Source of the DNA: an uncultured Iamiaceae bacterium
GTDB lineage: Bacteria; Actinomycetota; Acidimicrobiia; Acidimicrobiales; Iamiaceae
Direction: 5' to 3'
Assembly (NCBI GenBank): GCA_964595905.1
Contig: CAZQSU010000004.1
Span: 179 to 64,178 of the forward strand
DNA length: 64,000 bases
Part shown: piece by piece, positions 55,971-64,000 of the stretch
How positions within the stretch are numbered: the stretch's first letter is position 1
Layout of the letters: each line of letters begins with the position of its first letter
Made by a program: the position numbers and the translations under genes
The notes under the pieces: generated by a model
The model's database searches: none
Told to the model about the DNA's origin: nothing
The model's input: only the letters and a program-made list of their open reading frames with translations

Positions 55971-56807
55971 ATGACCATGAGTGATTCGGTAGGCCAGTAC
56001 CTGAACGAAATCGGAGCGGTGCCGCTGCTCGACGCCGCCGAAGAGCGCGAACTCGCGCAGAAGATCGAAGCGGGAGTCGCTGCGCAGGAACGCCTCGACG
56101 AAGGCGAGAGCTCGGCGGAACTGCGCCGGGCGGTGCGCACGGCCGCCGCGGCGAAAGACCGGTTCATCCGGTCCAATCTCCGCCTGGTCGTGAGCGTGGC
56201 CCGGCGCTACCCGCTGCCACCCTCGATGGACCTGCTCGACCTGGTGCAGGAAGGCAACCTCGGGCTGGAGCACGCCGTCGACAAGTTCGACTGGCGCAAG
56301 GGCTTCAAGTTCTCGACCTACGCCACCTTCTGGATCCGCCAGGCCATCGGCCGGGCCCTCGACCAGAAGGCGAGTCTGGTGCGCCTGCCCGGTGACCGCT
56401 CCGCCGGATTGCGTGCCGCGCTGCGCCAGGTGTCGGGCGACGCCGACGAGCTCGACGAGGAGAACGCCCACCTGCACCGGCTGTCGACGCCGACGTCGCT
56501 GGACCGCACGGTCGGCGACGACGACTCCAACGAGTTGGTCGATCTCATCGCGGACGACCGTCCCGGCCCGGAGGACGCCGTGCTCGAGGCCGAACGCGAG
56601 TCGAGCGTGACCCACCTGCTCGACGTGTTGGACCAGCGCGCCCGCTACGCGGTGGAGCAGCGCTTCGGCATCAACGACGGCCGCAAGCGCAGCTACCGCG
56701 AGGTCGGTGAAGAACTCGGCGTCACCGCCGAGGCGGCCCGACGGCTCGTCAAACGGGCGGTCGCGGTCGTCAGGGCCGAGGCCGACGCGCGGGTCACCGC
56801 GGCTTGA
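55971..56807 (+). CDS. RNA polymerase sigma-70 family factor (RpoD-like region 2-4)
   Basis: Region 2 is DLVQEGNLGLEHAVDKFDWRKGFKFSTYATFWIRQAI. Region 4 is SYREVGEELGVTAEAARRLVKRA. The more likely start is the second ATG at 55977, because GGAGGA ends at 55970. Confidence 0.85.
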   Translation: MTMSDSVGQYLNEIGAVPLLDAAEERELAQKIEAGVAAQERLDEGESSAELRRAVRTAAAAKDRFIRSNLRLVVSVARRYPLPPSMDLLDLVQEGNLGLEHAVDKFDWRKGFKFSTYATFWIRQAIGRALDQKASLVRLPGDRSAGLRAALRQVSGDADELDEENAHLHRLSTPTSLDRTVGDDDSNELVDLIADDRPGPEDAVLEAERESSVTHLLDVLDQRARYAVEQRFGINDGRKRSYREVGEELGVTAEAARRLVKRAVAVVRAEADARVTAA

Positions 56808-56902
56808 CCACGACCGTCCCCCACCGGCCCGAAGCGACCGGTTCTCTCCGCACGCCACGAACGGGCTTTGTGCCCACCCCCGGACTTGGCAACGATGGAG
56901 GG

Positions 56903-58246
56903 ATGACCGACCGAGCCTGGACACCGACGTCCTGGCGGGACCATCCCGCAGATCAGCAGCCCCAGTGGCCCGACACGGGGGCGTTCGAGAACGCGGTGAA
57001 GCACCTCGCGACCCTTCCGCCGTTGGTCTTCGCGGGCGAGGCCCGCTCGCTGCGTGATCAGCTCGCGCAGGTCGCCCGTGGCGAGGCCTTCCTGTTGCAG
57101 GCCGGCGACTGTGCCGAATCGTTCGATGCGTTCCGGGCCGACGCGATCCGCGACAAGCTGAAGGTCATCCTGCAGATGGCCGTGGTGCTGACCTACTCGG
57201 CCGGCGTGCCGGTCGTGAAGGTCGGCCGGATCGCCGGCCAGTTCGCCAAGCCCCGCTCGGCCGACACCGAGACGGTCGATGGGGTCGAGTTGCCCGTGTT
57301 CCGCGGGCACATCGTGAACGACATCGCGTTCACCCCGCAGGCTCGCAAGCCCGACCCGTCACGCCTCGAGCGCGCCTACCACCAGTCGGCATCGACGCTG
57401 AACCTGCTGCGTGCCTTCACCAAGGGCGGATTCGCCGACCTGGCCCGCGTGCACCAGTGGAACCAGGACTTCGTCCGGGCCTCATCGGAGGGCAGCCGTT
57501 ACGAGCGCATCGCGAACGAGATCGAGCGGGCGCTGCGCTTCATGCGTGCCTGCGGCCTCGACGGCGCCACCCAGCCCGGCCTGCACGAGGTCGACTTCTA
57601 CACCAGTCACGAGGCGCTGATCCTGGGCTACGAGGAGGCGCTCACCCGGCGCGATTCGCTGACCGGCGACTACTACGACACCTCCGCCCACATGGTCTGG
57701 GTGGGTGAGCGCACGCGTCGGTTGGACGGGGCGCATCTCGAGTTCCTCTCTGGCATCGAGAACCCCATCGGCGCCAAGATCGGCCCGACCGCGACCCCTG
57801 ACGACGTCGTCGCGTTGTGCGATCGTCTCGACCCCGAACGAGAGGCGGGCCGCCTCACGCTGATCAGCCGGATGGGCGCGGCCCGGGTGACCGAGTTGCT
57901 CCCGCCGCTGCTCGAGGCGGTGCAGGCCGCCGGCCACCCGGTGGTGTGGGCGTGTGACCCGATGCACGGCAACACGTTCACGACCGACGACGGGCACAAG
58001 ACCCGCCGTTTCGACGACATCGAGGCCGAGATCGCGGGGTTCTTCGCTGCGCACCGCGAGGTCGGTACGTGGCCCGGCGGGGTGCACGTGGAGCTCACCG
58101 GCGACGCGGTGACCGAGTGTCTCGGTGGTGCCGATGACATCTCGGCGGCCGATCTGCCCGAGCGCTACGAGACGATGTGTGACCCGCGTCTGAACGGTCG
58201 TCAGTCGTTGGATCTCGCGTTCAGGGTCGGCGAACTGCTTCACTGA
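56903..58246 (+). CDS. aroG: 3-deoxy-7-phosphoheptulonate (DAHP) synthase, class II
   Basis: Starts at ATG 56903 (MTDRAWTPTSWRDHPADQQPQWPD). The motifs are FLLQAGDCAESF, RIAGQFAKPRS and CDPMHGNT. Confidence 0.9.
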   Translation: MTDRAWTPTSWRDHPADQQPQWPDTGAFENAVKHLATLPPLVFAGEARSLRDQLAQVARGEAFLLQAGDCAESFDAFRADAIRDKLKVILQMAVVLTYSAGVPVVKVGRIAGQFAKPRSADTETVDGVELPVFRGHIVNDIAFTPQARKPDPSRLERAYHQSASTLNLLRAFTKGGFADLARVHQWNQDFVRASSEGSRYERIANEIERALRFMRACGLDGATQPGLHEVDFYTSHEALILGYEEALTRRDSLTGDYYDTSAHMVWVGERTRRLDGAHLEFLSGIENPIGAKIGPTATPDDVVALCDRLDPEREAGRLTLISRMGAARVTELLPPLLEAVQAAGHPVVWACDPMHGNTFTTDDGHKTRRFDDIEAEIAGFFAAHREVGTWPGGVHVELTGDAVTECLGGADDISAADLPERYETMCDPRLNGRQSLDLAFRVGELLH

Positions 58247-58250
58247 GGGG

Positions 58251-59510
58251 ATGCCCCTGACCCCCGAGCCGCCGGGTTCGCCGGACGAGCGGCCCGGCGA
58301 AGACGGTTCCGGGGACGCGCCGGTCGAAACCGACGCGCCGGGATCCGATCGGTTCCACCTGGGCTACCGCCCCGAACTCGACGGGTTGCGGGCACTGGCC
58401 GTCGCGCTGGTGTTCGTCGCGCACATCGGCTACCCGTGGCAGTCGCTCATGGGCACGTTCCTGCCGGGGTCGTTCCAGGGGGTCGACCTGTTCTTCGTGC
58501 TGTCGGGCTTTCTGTTGACCACGCTGCTGTTCGAGGAACGCAAGGTCACCGGCGGGTTCTCGTTCAAGGGGTTCTACCGGCGCCGGGCGCTGCGGCTGCT
58601 CCCCGCGTTGTTCTTCATGCTCCTGGTGCTGATCCCCTGGACGATCCAGCAGCACGAAGGCATCGGTACGTTCCTGATGGCCGAGGTCTACGTCGTCTTC
58701 TACGTCACCAACTGGGCGGTGATCGTCGGCCACGACGGGATCATCCCCTTCAGCCTGTCGCACATGTGGTCACTCGCGATCGAAGAGCAGTACTACCTGT
58801 TGTTCTTCCCGTTCCTGATCGGGCTGCTCGCGCTGGTCCGCAAGCTCCGGTCGGTCGCGTGGGTGCTGATCGGGCTGATCGTGGTCGTGTGGATCGACCG
58901 GATCATCTCGGCGATGCACACCAGCCCCGGCGCCTTCGAGACGACGCTGTACGTGCGGACCGACGTCCGTGCCGACGCGTTGTTGATCGGTCCGCTCGTC
59001 GCCGTGTGGTTGCAGCTCGGACACCGGATCACCCCGCGGATCCGTCTGCTGGGCATCCCGGCCGCGGCGTTTCTGGTGTGGACGATCATGGAGGCGCACG
59101 TGAACGACGCGTGGGTGTACCACTGGGCGCTCGGTCTGATCGACATCTGCTGGGCGATCGTCCTGGTCGCCGTACTCGGCGGCACCCATCCCTTCACCCG
59201 GCTGTTGCAGCTCCGTCCGGTCGTGTGGATGGGCAAGATCTCGTACGGCCTGTACCTGTGGCACATGCCGATCTTCGTCGAGACGATGCGGCACACGCGT
59301 TACCGGGACCTCCCCCACTGGTTGCCCTTCACGCTGGCGGTGGTGATGACCTTCGCCGCGGCGACGTTCTCGTACTACGTGGTGGAGCGTCCGTTCCTGC
59401 GGCGCAAACGCCCACGCGGCTCGGTGGTCGACGAGCCGGCTTCCGTACGCGCCGGCGCGGCCGACACCGGCCGCGGGCCGGTGGCACCCTCGGCGACCCC
59501 GGCGAGCTGA
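58251..59510 (+). CDS. Acyltransferase family 3 membrane protein
   Basis: 419 aa. YRPELDGLRALAVALVFVAH is followed by about 10 TM helices. There is no SGNH domain. Confidence 0.8.
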   Translation: MPLTPEPPGSPDERPGEDGSGDAPVETDAPGSDRFHLGYRPELDGLRALAVALVFVAHIGYPWQSLMGTFLPGSFQGVDLFFVLSGFLLTTLLFEERKVTGGFSFKGFYRRRALRLLPALFFMLLVLIPWTIQQHEGIGTFLMAEVYVVFYVTNWAVIVGHDGIIPFSLSHMWSLAIEEQYYLLFFPFLIGLLALVRKLRSVAWVLIGLIVVVWIDRIISAMHTSPGAFETTLYVRTDVRADALLIGPLVAVWLQLGHRITPRIRLLGIPAAAFLVWTIMEAHVNDAWVYHWALGLIDICWAIVLVAVLGGTHPFTRLLQLRPVVWMGKISYGLYLWHMPIFVETMRHTRYRDLPHWLPFTLAVVMTFAAATFSYYVVERPFLRRKRPRGSVVDEPASVRAGAADTGRGPVAPSATPAS

Positions 59511-59516
59511 GTCGCA

Positions 59517-60428
59517 TCAGTCCGCGGGTGCGCCGGTGAACCCGGGCAGGACCGCGTCGTCGCCGTAGAGCAGCGCCGCGATCGACCCGTAGTCGGGTCC
59601 ACGGCGCAGGTGGTGCCCGCCGTCGACGGGCAGGCAGTTGCCGGTCATCCAACTCGACTCGTCGCCGGCGAGGAACCTGATCACCTGGGCGACCTCGTCG
59701 GGCTGGCCGATGTGGGCGACGGGCATGTTGACGAGGTACGACTCGACGAGCGGCTCATCGGCCATCGGCCAGGCCACGAGTTCGGTGTCGACGAGACTGG
59801 GTTGGACCGAGTTCACGCGCACGCCCGAGGGGCCGAGTTCATCCGCGGCGTTGCGGACGAGTGCGTCGATGCCCGCTTTGGTGGCGGCATATGCCGACAT
59901 CCAGGCGTGCACGGTGCACGCTGCGAGCGACGACACCGCGACGATCGACCCGCCGCCTCCGGCCACGATGGCGCGACCGGCGTGCTTGATCGTCAGGAAC
60001 GTCCCGACCAGGTTGGTCGACACGATGCTCTGGAACTCGTCGAGGGGCTGGGACACGATGGGGGCGACACCACCGGTGCCGGCACTGGCGACGGTGACGG
60101 CGAGCCGGCCGGTCGCCTCGGTTGCGATCCGCACGGCCTCGGCGACGGCGTCCTCGTCGTCGACCGAACCGGGCGCGATCGTCGCCGGCGGTGCGGTCGG
60201 GAACTCGGCGGCGAGCTCGGCCGCGGCCGCGCGGAGCTTGTCGGCGGTGCGGCCCATGAGCGTGACCTGCGCCCCGTCCCGGGCGAGAAGCCGGGCGGCG
60301 GCGAAGCCGATCCCGCTGCCGCCGCCGGTGACCAGTGCGCCGGTTCCGGCAAAGGGCCCGGCGGCGGGGTCGGTGGCCTGCGCGGAAGGGGGTTCGGCGT
60401 CGTGCGGTGTCGTGGTCATGGGCGCCAA
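59517..60428 (-). CDS. SDR-family oxidoreductase
   Basis: The TGGGSGIG cofactor motif and the catalytic YAATKAG (YxxxK) are present. The start may be ATG 60419 rather than 60428. Confidence 0.85.
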   Translation of the reverse strand: MAPMTTTPHDAEPPSAQATDPAAGPFAGTGALVTGGGSGIGFAAARLLARDGAQVTLMGRTADKLRAAAAELAAEFPTAPPATIAPGSVDDEDAVAEAVRIATEATGRLAVTVASAGTGGVAPIVSQPLDEFQSIVSTNLVGTFLTIKHAGRAIVAGGGGSIVAVSSLAACTVHAWMSAYAATKAGIDALVRNAADELGPSGVRVNSVQPSLVDTELVAWPMADEPLVESYLVNMPVAHIGQPDEVAQVIRFLAGDESSWMTGNCLPVDGGHHLRRGPDYGSIAALLYGDDAVLPGFTGAPAD

Positions 60429-60596
60429 GTCTGCCCGGCCGACGACGCGCCTTCAATCACCGAGTCGCACCCGACCCGCGGCGTCGGTTCCGCCCACTGG
60501 TGCGGCCGGGTCTCGCCGGCGAGCCGATTTCTATACTGTGCCGGAGCCGGGGGTCGCCGCTGGAGCGAACCGGACGCCGATCGATGTCGAGGTTCC

Positions 60597-62276
60597 ATGG
60601 ACTCCGCGCGGGCGACTGACGCACGTTCACAGATGTCGCCGCCGGAGGAGGCATCGGCGTCGCAGGTCCCCGCGCCGGACACCCCGGGTCGACCCGGCAC
60701 GCGGGCCGATCTCGTGGTCCTGGGTTGCGGGCTCGTGGGTCTCGTCGTCGCGGCGCGCTGGTTCGGCCGGGGGCTCTCCTTCGTCGTCGACGAATGGGAC
60801 ATCCTCGCCCACCACGTGCACGGCGACCTGCTCACGCCCTACAACGGGCATCTGTCGATCGTTCCGATCGCCATCTACCAGGGGTTCGCGCACACGGTCG
60901 GGGTGCAGAGCTACGTGCCGTACGCGCTGGTCGCGCTGGTCGTCTTCCTGGCGATCCCGATCGCGTTCGCGGCGACACACCGTCGGCTCGTCGATCCGGC
61001 GCTGGTGGTGATCGCGGCGCTGGGTCTCGCGTGGTCGTGGGCGGCCGAGGGCAACATCCTGTACGGATTCCTGGTCAACTTCGACCTGCCGATCCTGATG
61101 CTGGTCGTCGGCTGGTGGCTGATCAGAGGAGACACGCTGCGTCACGACCTGTGGGCGATGGCCGCGCTGGCGGTTGCGTTGGCGACCTCGAGCGTGGGCG
61201 TGGTCGTGGCGTTCGCGCTCGGTGTCGAGTTGCTTCTCGGTCGAGCGCCGCTGCGCAGGTTGATCCGATTCGCGCTGCCGGTGGTGCTCTGGGGGTTGTG
61301 GTGGGTCTTCGACCACGAGGCGACCAAGCCCGCGTCGGTCGGCGAACGGCTCAGCTACGCATGGCACACGTCGGTGGCGATCCTCGCCGGGTTCACCCTG
61401 GGTTGGAAACCCGGGGCCGCCGCATCGGCGGTGGTGATCGTGATCGTCGTCGCCTTCGCCTGGCGGCGGTGGCGCACCGTCGATGCCCACGTCGTGGCGA
61501 TCGGGGCGACGCTGGTGTTCTTCGTCGCGCTCAGCGCGTTCAGTCGGGCGGGCGACATCGCCCTGAATCCGCCCGACTCGGCCCGGTACGTGTGGGTGGG
61601 AGACGTGCTGATCATCGCCGGGCTGGTGTGGTGTGTCCGTGGCAGACCGATCCGCCCGGCCATCCGGGCGGCCGCGGCCGCGGTGGTGCTCGTCGGCGCG
61701 GTCGGTCTGGTCGGCAACCTGGCCGACTACCGCTCGTTCGCGCTCGGAGACATGGCCCGGACGCACCCGTTCCTCGTCGGCGCCGAGGCCGCGGGCCCGC
61801 GCGCCGATCCGGCACGGATCCTGCCGCTCAACCTGATCCCGGTGACCGTCGGCGAGTACCTCGACCTGGTCGCGTCGGTCGGCTCACCGGTGGCCGGTGC
61901 GCCGTTCTCGTCGCTCGGCTCCGAGTCGGCGCGGCTCGCAGCCGACCGGTTGTTGATCGGCGACGAACGACTCGTCGTCGGAGTCGGTGACGCCCTCCCC
62001 CGGTGTGCCGGGTCGTGGCGGGCCGTCGCCGCCGACGGCGGCCGGTCCGGCGGTGAGATCGACCTGCCTGCCGGTGCGATGCTCGCGATCTCCGCGCCGG
62101 AGCGGGCCGAGGTCCGGATGCGCCGGTTGGCGCGGGGGTATCCGCCGAAGGCCGACGTGGTCGTCCCCGCGGGGCGCGTCGGCATCGTGCGGTCGGTGCG
62201 CGACGGGTCGAAGCTCCCGTGGTGGGTGCACGTCGACGGCCGAGACCATTCGCTGCAAATGTGCGCGGGAAGCTGA
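60597..62276 (+). CDS. Large polytopic membrane protein of unknown function with C-terminal soluble domain
   Basis: Starts at ATG 60597 (MDSARATD...), taken from the C-terminal 559 aa of track ORF 59610..62276; the 5' part of that ORF is antisense to the SDR gene. About 10 TM helices are followed by a region of roughly 180 aa that is not hydrophobic. No family was recognised. Confidence 0.55.
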   Translation: MDSARATDARSQMSPPEEASASQVPAPDTPGRPGTRADLVVLGCGLVGLVVAARWFGRGLSFVVDEWDILAHHVHGDLLTPYNGHLSIVPIAIYQGFAHTVGVQSYVPYALVALVVFLAIPIAFAATHRRLVDPALVVIAALGLAWSWAAEGNILYGFLVNFDLPILMLVVGWWLIRGDTLRHDLWAMAALAVALATSSVGVVVAFALGVELLLGRAPLRRLIRFALPVVLWGLWWVFDHEATKPASVGERLSYAWHTSVAILAGFTLGWKPGAAASAVVIVIVVAFAWRRWRTVDAHVVAIGATLVFFVALSAFSRAGDIALNPPDSARYVWVGDVLIIAGLVWCVRGRPIRPAIRAAAAAVVLVGAVGLVGNLADYRSFALGDMARTHPFLVGAEAAGPRADPARILPLNLIPVTVGEYLDLVASVGSPVAGAPFSSLGSESARLAADRLLIGDERLVVGVGDALPRCAGSWRAVAADGGRSGGEIDLPAGAMLAISAPERAEVRMRRLARGYPPKADVVVPAGRVGIVRSVRDGSKLPWWVHVDGRDHSLQMCAGS

Positions 62277-62410
62277 GTTCCCGCACCGGCGGTTCCCCCC
62301 TCCGACGACGCCGTGAGCCGGGCCGCGAACCGCCGATGCCACGCCCGCGCCAGCTCGTGCGTGTTCCGGCGCTGACCGCGACGCCCGGGTCACGGCACTA
62401 GAAAGGACCC

Positions 62411-64000
62411 ATGGCACTTCGGATCGAGGACTACGCATTGTTGAGCGATCTGTCGAGCTGCGCGCTGGTCGGCAACGACGGATCGATCGACTGGTTGACG
62501 TTTCCCCGGTACGACTCGTCGGCGATCTTCGCGGCCCTCCTGGGAGATGCCCACGACAACGGCCGCTGGTTGCTCGCCCCCGACGAGCCCGTCGAGTCGG
62601 TGGAGCGTCACTACCGCGACTCGTCACTGGTGTTGGAGACGGTCTTCCACACGGCGAACGGGGTGGTCGCCGTGATCGACTGCATGCCCCCGGGCGACGA
62701 CCGGCACGACCTGATGCGGCTGGTCGAGTGCCGCGATGGCAGAGTGGCGATGCGGATGCACCTGACGGTGCGGTTCGACTACGGCAGCACGATTCCCTGG
62801 GTGCGCCACGTGCCCGGCGGAACCGAGGCGATCGCCGGCCCCGACGCGATCCGTCTCGCCACGCCGGTCGAGTTGCGCGGCGAGGATCTCGCCACCGTCG
62901 CTTCGTTCTCGGTGCGCGCGGGTGACCGGGTGCCCTTCGGCATGTGCTGGTTTCCCTCGAACGAGTCCGCTCCCCAACCGATCGACGCGATCACCGCGGT
63001 CGCCACCACCGAAGCCTGGTGGAGCGACTGGATGTCGGGGTGCACCTACGACGGCGACTACGCCGATGAGGTACGGCGTTCCGCGGTCGTGCTCAAGGGG
63101 TTGACCCTGGAGCGCACCGGAGGCCTCGTCGCCGCCGCGACGACGTCGCTCCCCGAGGAGCTCGGCGGCGAGCGGAACTGGGACTACCGCTACTGCTGGT
63201 TGCGCGACGCGACGTTCTCGTTGATGGCGCTGCAGAACGCCGGCTTCGAAGACGAAGCGGTGGCCTGGCGGAATTGGCTGTTGCGGGCGGTCGCCGGTGA
63301 TCCGGCCCAGCTCCAGATCATGTACGGACCTGGCGGCGAACGCCGCCTCACCGAGATCGAACTGGATTGGCTCGACGGCTACGAGGGCTCCACGCCGGTC
63401 CGGGTCGGCAACGCGGCCCACGGGCAGTTCCAGCTCGACGTCTACGGCGAGGTGCTCGACGCGCTGCACCAGAGCGCCGTCGACGGATCCGAGATCGACG
63501 CGAACACCTGGTCGCTGTCACGGAACCTCATCGATTTCGTCGCCGAGCACTGGCGCGACCCCGACGACGGCATCTGGGAGGTGCGCGGCGGTCGTCGGCA
63601 CTTCACCCACTCCAAGGTCATGGCCTGGGTGGCGGTCGACCGGGCGATCGCCACGGTCGAGCATTTCGGCTCAGACGAGTTGCACCTGCGCGCCACCGCG
63701 CACCACCGACCGGTCGATCTCGACGATTGGAGGGCGTTGCGGTCCGAGATCGCCGATGACGTGCTGGCCCACGGGGTGAATGCCGACGGCGCGTTCGTGC
63801 AGTCCTACGGCTCGGATTCCTTCGATGCGGCACTGCTGCTCGTGCCGCTGGTCGGCTTCCTTCCCCCCGATGATCATCGGGTCATCGCCACGGTGAAGGC
63901 GGTGGAGGAGAACCTGCTCGTCGACGGCCTGGTGCGCCGCTACGTCAACACCGAACACGACGGGCTGGCGGGGCAGGAGGCGACGTTCCTGATGTGCTCG
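62411..64000 (+). CDS. Glycoside hydrolase family 15 (glucoamylase/trehalase-like), C-terminus cut by window edge
   Basis: Absent from the track because it has no in-window stop. The ATG at 62411 follows GAAAGGA. The frame stays open for 530 codons to position 64000. It reads MALRIEDYALLSDLSSCALVGNDGSIDWLTFPRYDS and later GGERNWDYRYCWLRDATF, both typical of GH15. Confidence 0.8.
   Translation, partial: MALRIEDYALLSDLSSCALVGNDGSIDWLTFPRYDSSAIFAALLGDAHDNGRWLLAPDEPVESVERHYRDSSLVLETVFHTANGVVAVIDCMPPGDDRHDLMRLVECRDGRVAMRMHLTVRFDYGSTIPWVRHVPGGTEAIAGPDAIRLATPVELRGEDLATVASFSVRAGDRVPFGMCWFPSNESAPQPIDAITAVATTEAWWSDWMSGCTYDGDYADEVRRSAVVLKGLTLERTGGLVAAATTSLPEELGGERNWDYRYCWLRDATFSLMALQNAGFEDEAVAWRNWLLRAVAGDPAQLQIMYGPGGERRLTEIELDWLDGYEGSTPVRVGNAAHGQFQLDVYGEVLDALHQSAVDGSEIDANTWSLSRNLIDFVAEHWRDPDDGIWEVRGGRRHFTHSKVMAWVAVDRAIATVEHFGSDELHLRATAHHRPVDLDDWRALRSEIADDVLAHGVNADGAFVQSYGSDSFDAALLLVPLVGFLPPDDHRVIATVKAVEENLLVDGLVRRYVNTEHDGLAGQEATFLMCS

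Noticed and set aside
62390-63958. Minus-strand ORFs 62390..62611, 62624..63469 and 63671..63958
   Set aside because: They are antisense to the GH15 gene, which is open from 62411 to the window end and carries clear family motifs.

Overview
This is a 64-kb window of a high-GC (about 70% by eye) actinobacterial-type chromosome. It is densely packed and mostly housekeeping.

Conserved blocks:
- comEA-comEC-holA / rpsT / lepA
- hrcA-dnaJ-rsmE-hemW
- phoH-ybeY-CBS/CorC-era
- nadD-LytR_C-rsfS
- leuS, dinG, a fused accD-accA, a class II DAHP synthase and a sigma-70 factor

Accessory content:
- A surface-polysaccharide module at about 10.2-17.9 kb: two GT4 glycosyltransferases, a Wzy/O-antigen-ligase-like protein, a Wzz+BY-kinase fusion and an acyltransferase-3/SGNH protein.
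- A vapBC toxin-antitoxin pair.
- A thiol/persulfide-stress operon: thioredoxin, a CsoR/CstR-family repressor, a small Cys protein and an MBL-rhodanese fusion, with a clear operator and promoter.
- Sugar hydrolases of families GH36 and GH15.
- One tRNA-Ala(GGC).

I saw no rRNA, CRISPR array, transposase, integrase or phage genes. Many long ORFs in the track are mirror-strand artefacts of the high GC content, or 5' over-extensions, so gene starts were re-derived from the sequence. Many genes are joined by 4-nt GTGA/ATGA start/stop overlaps.

I do not see a convincing new multi-gene defence or mobile system. The best leads are:
1. A perfectly duplicated 61-bp AT-rich double-hairpin element, preceded by a (CCCGT)n C-tract, downstream of leuS.
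2. The CstR-like operon with a palindrome inside a leaderless-type promoter.
3. A perfect (TACGGC)5 repeat encoding the Tyr cluster of the BY-kinase.
4. An orphan NuoF-like flavoprotein tightly linked to nadD-rsfS.
5. Polysaccharide genes linked by 4-nt overlaps to the phoH-ybeY-era operon.

All functional calls come from motif recognition by eye. No database search was run.
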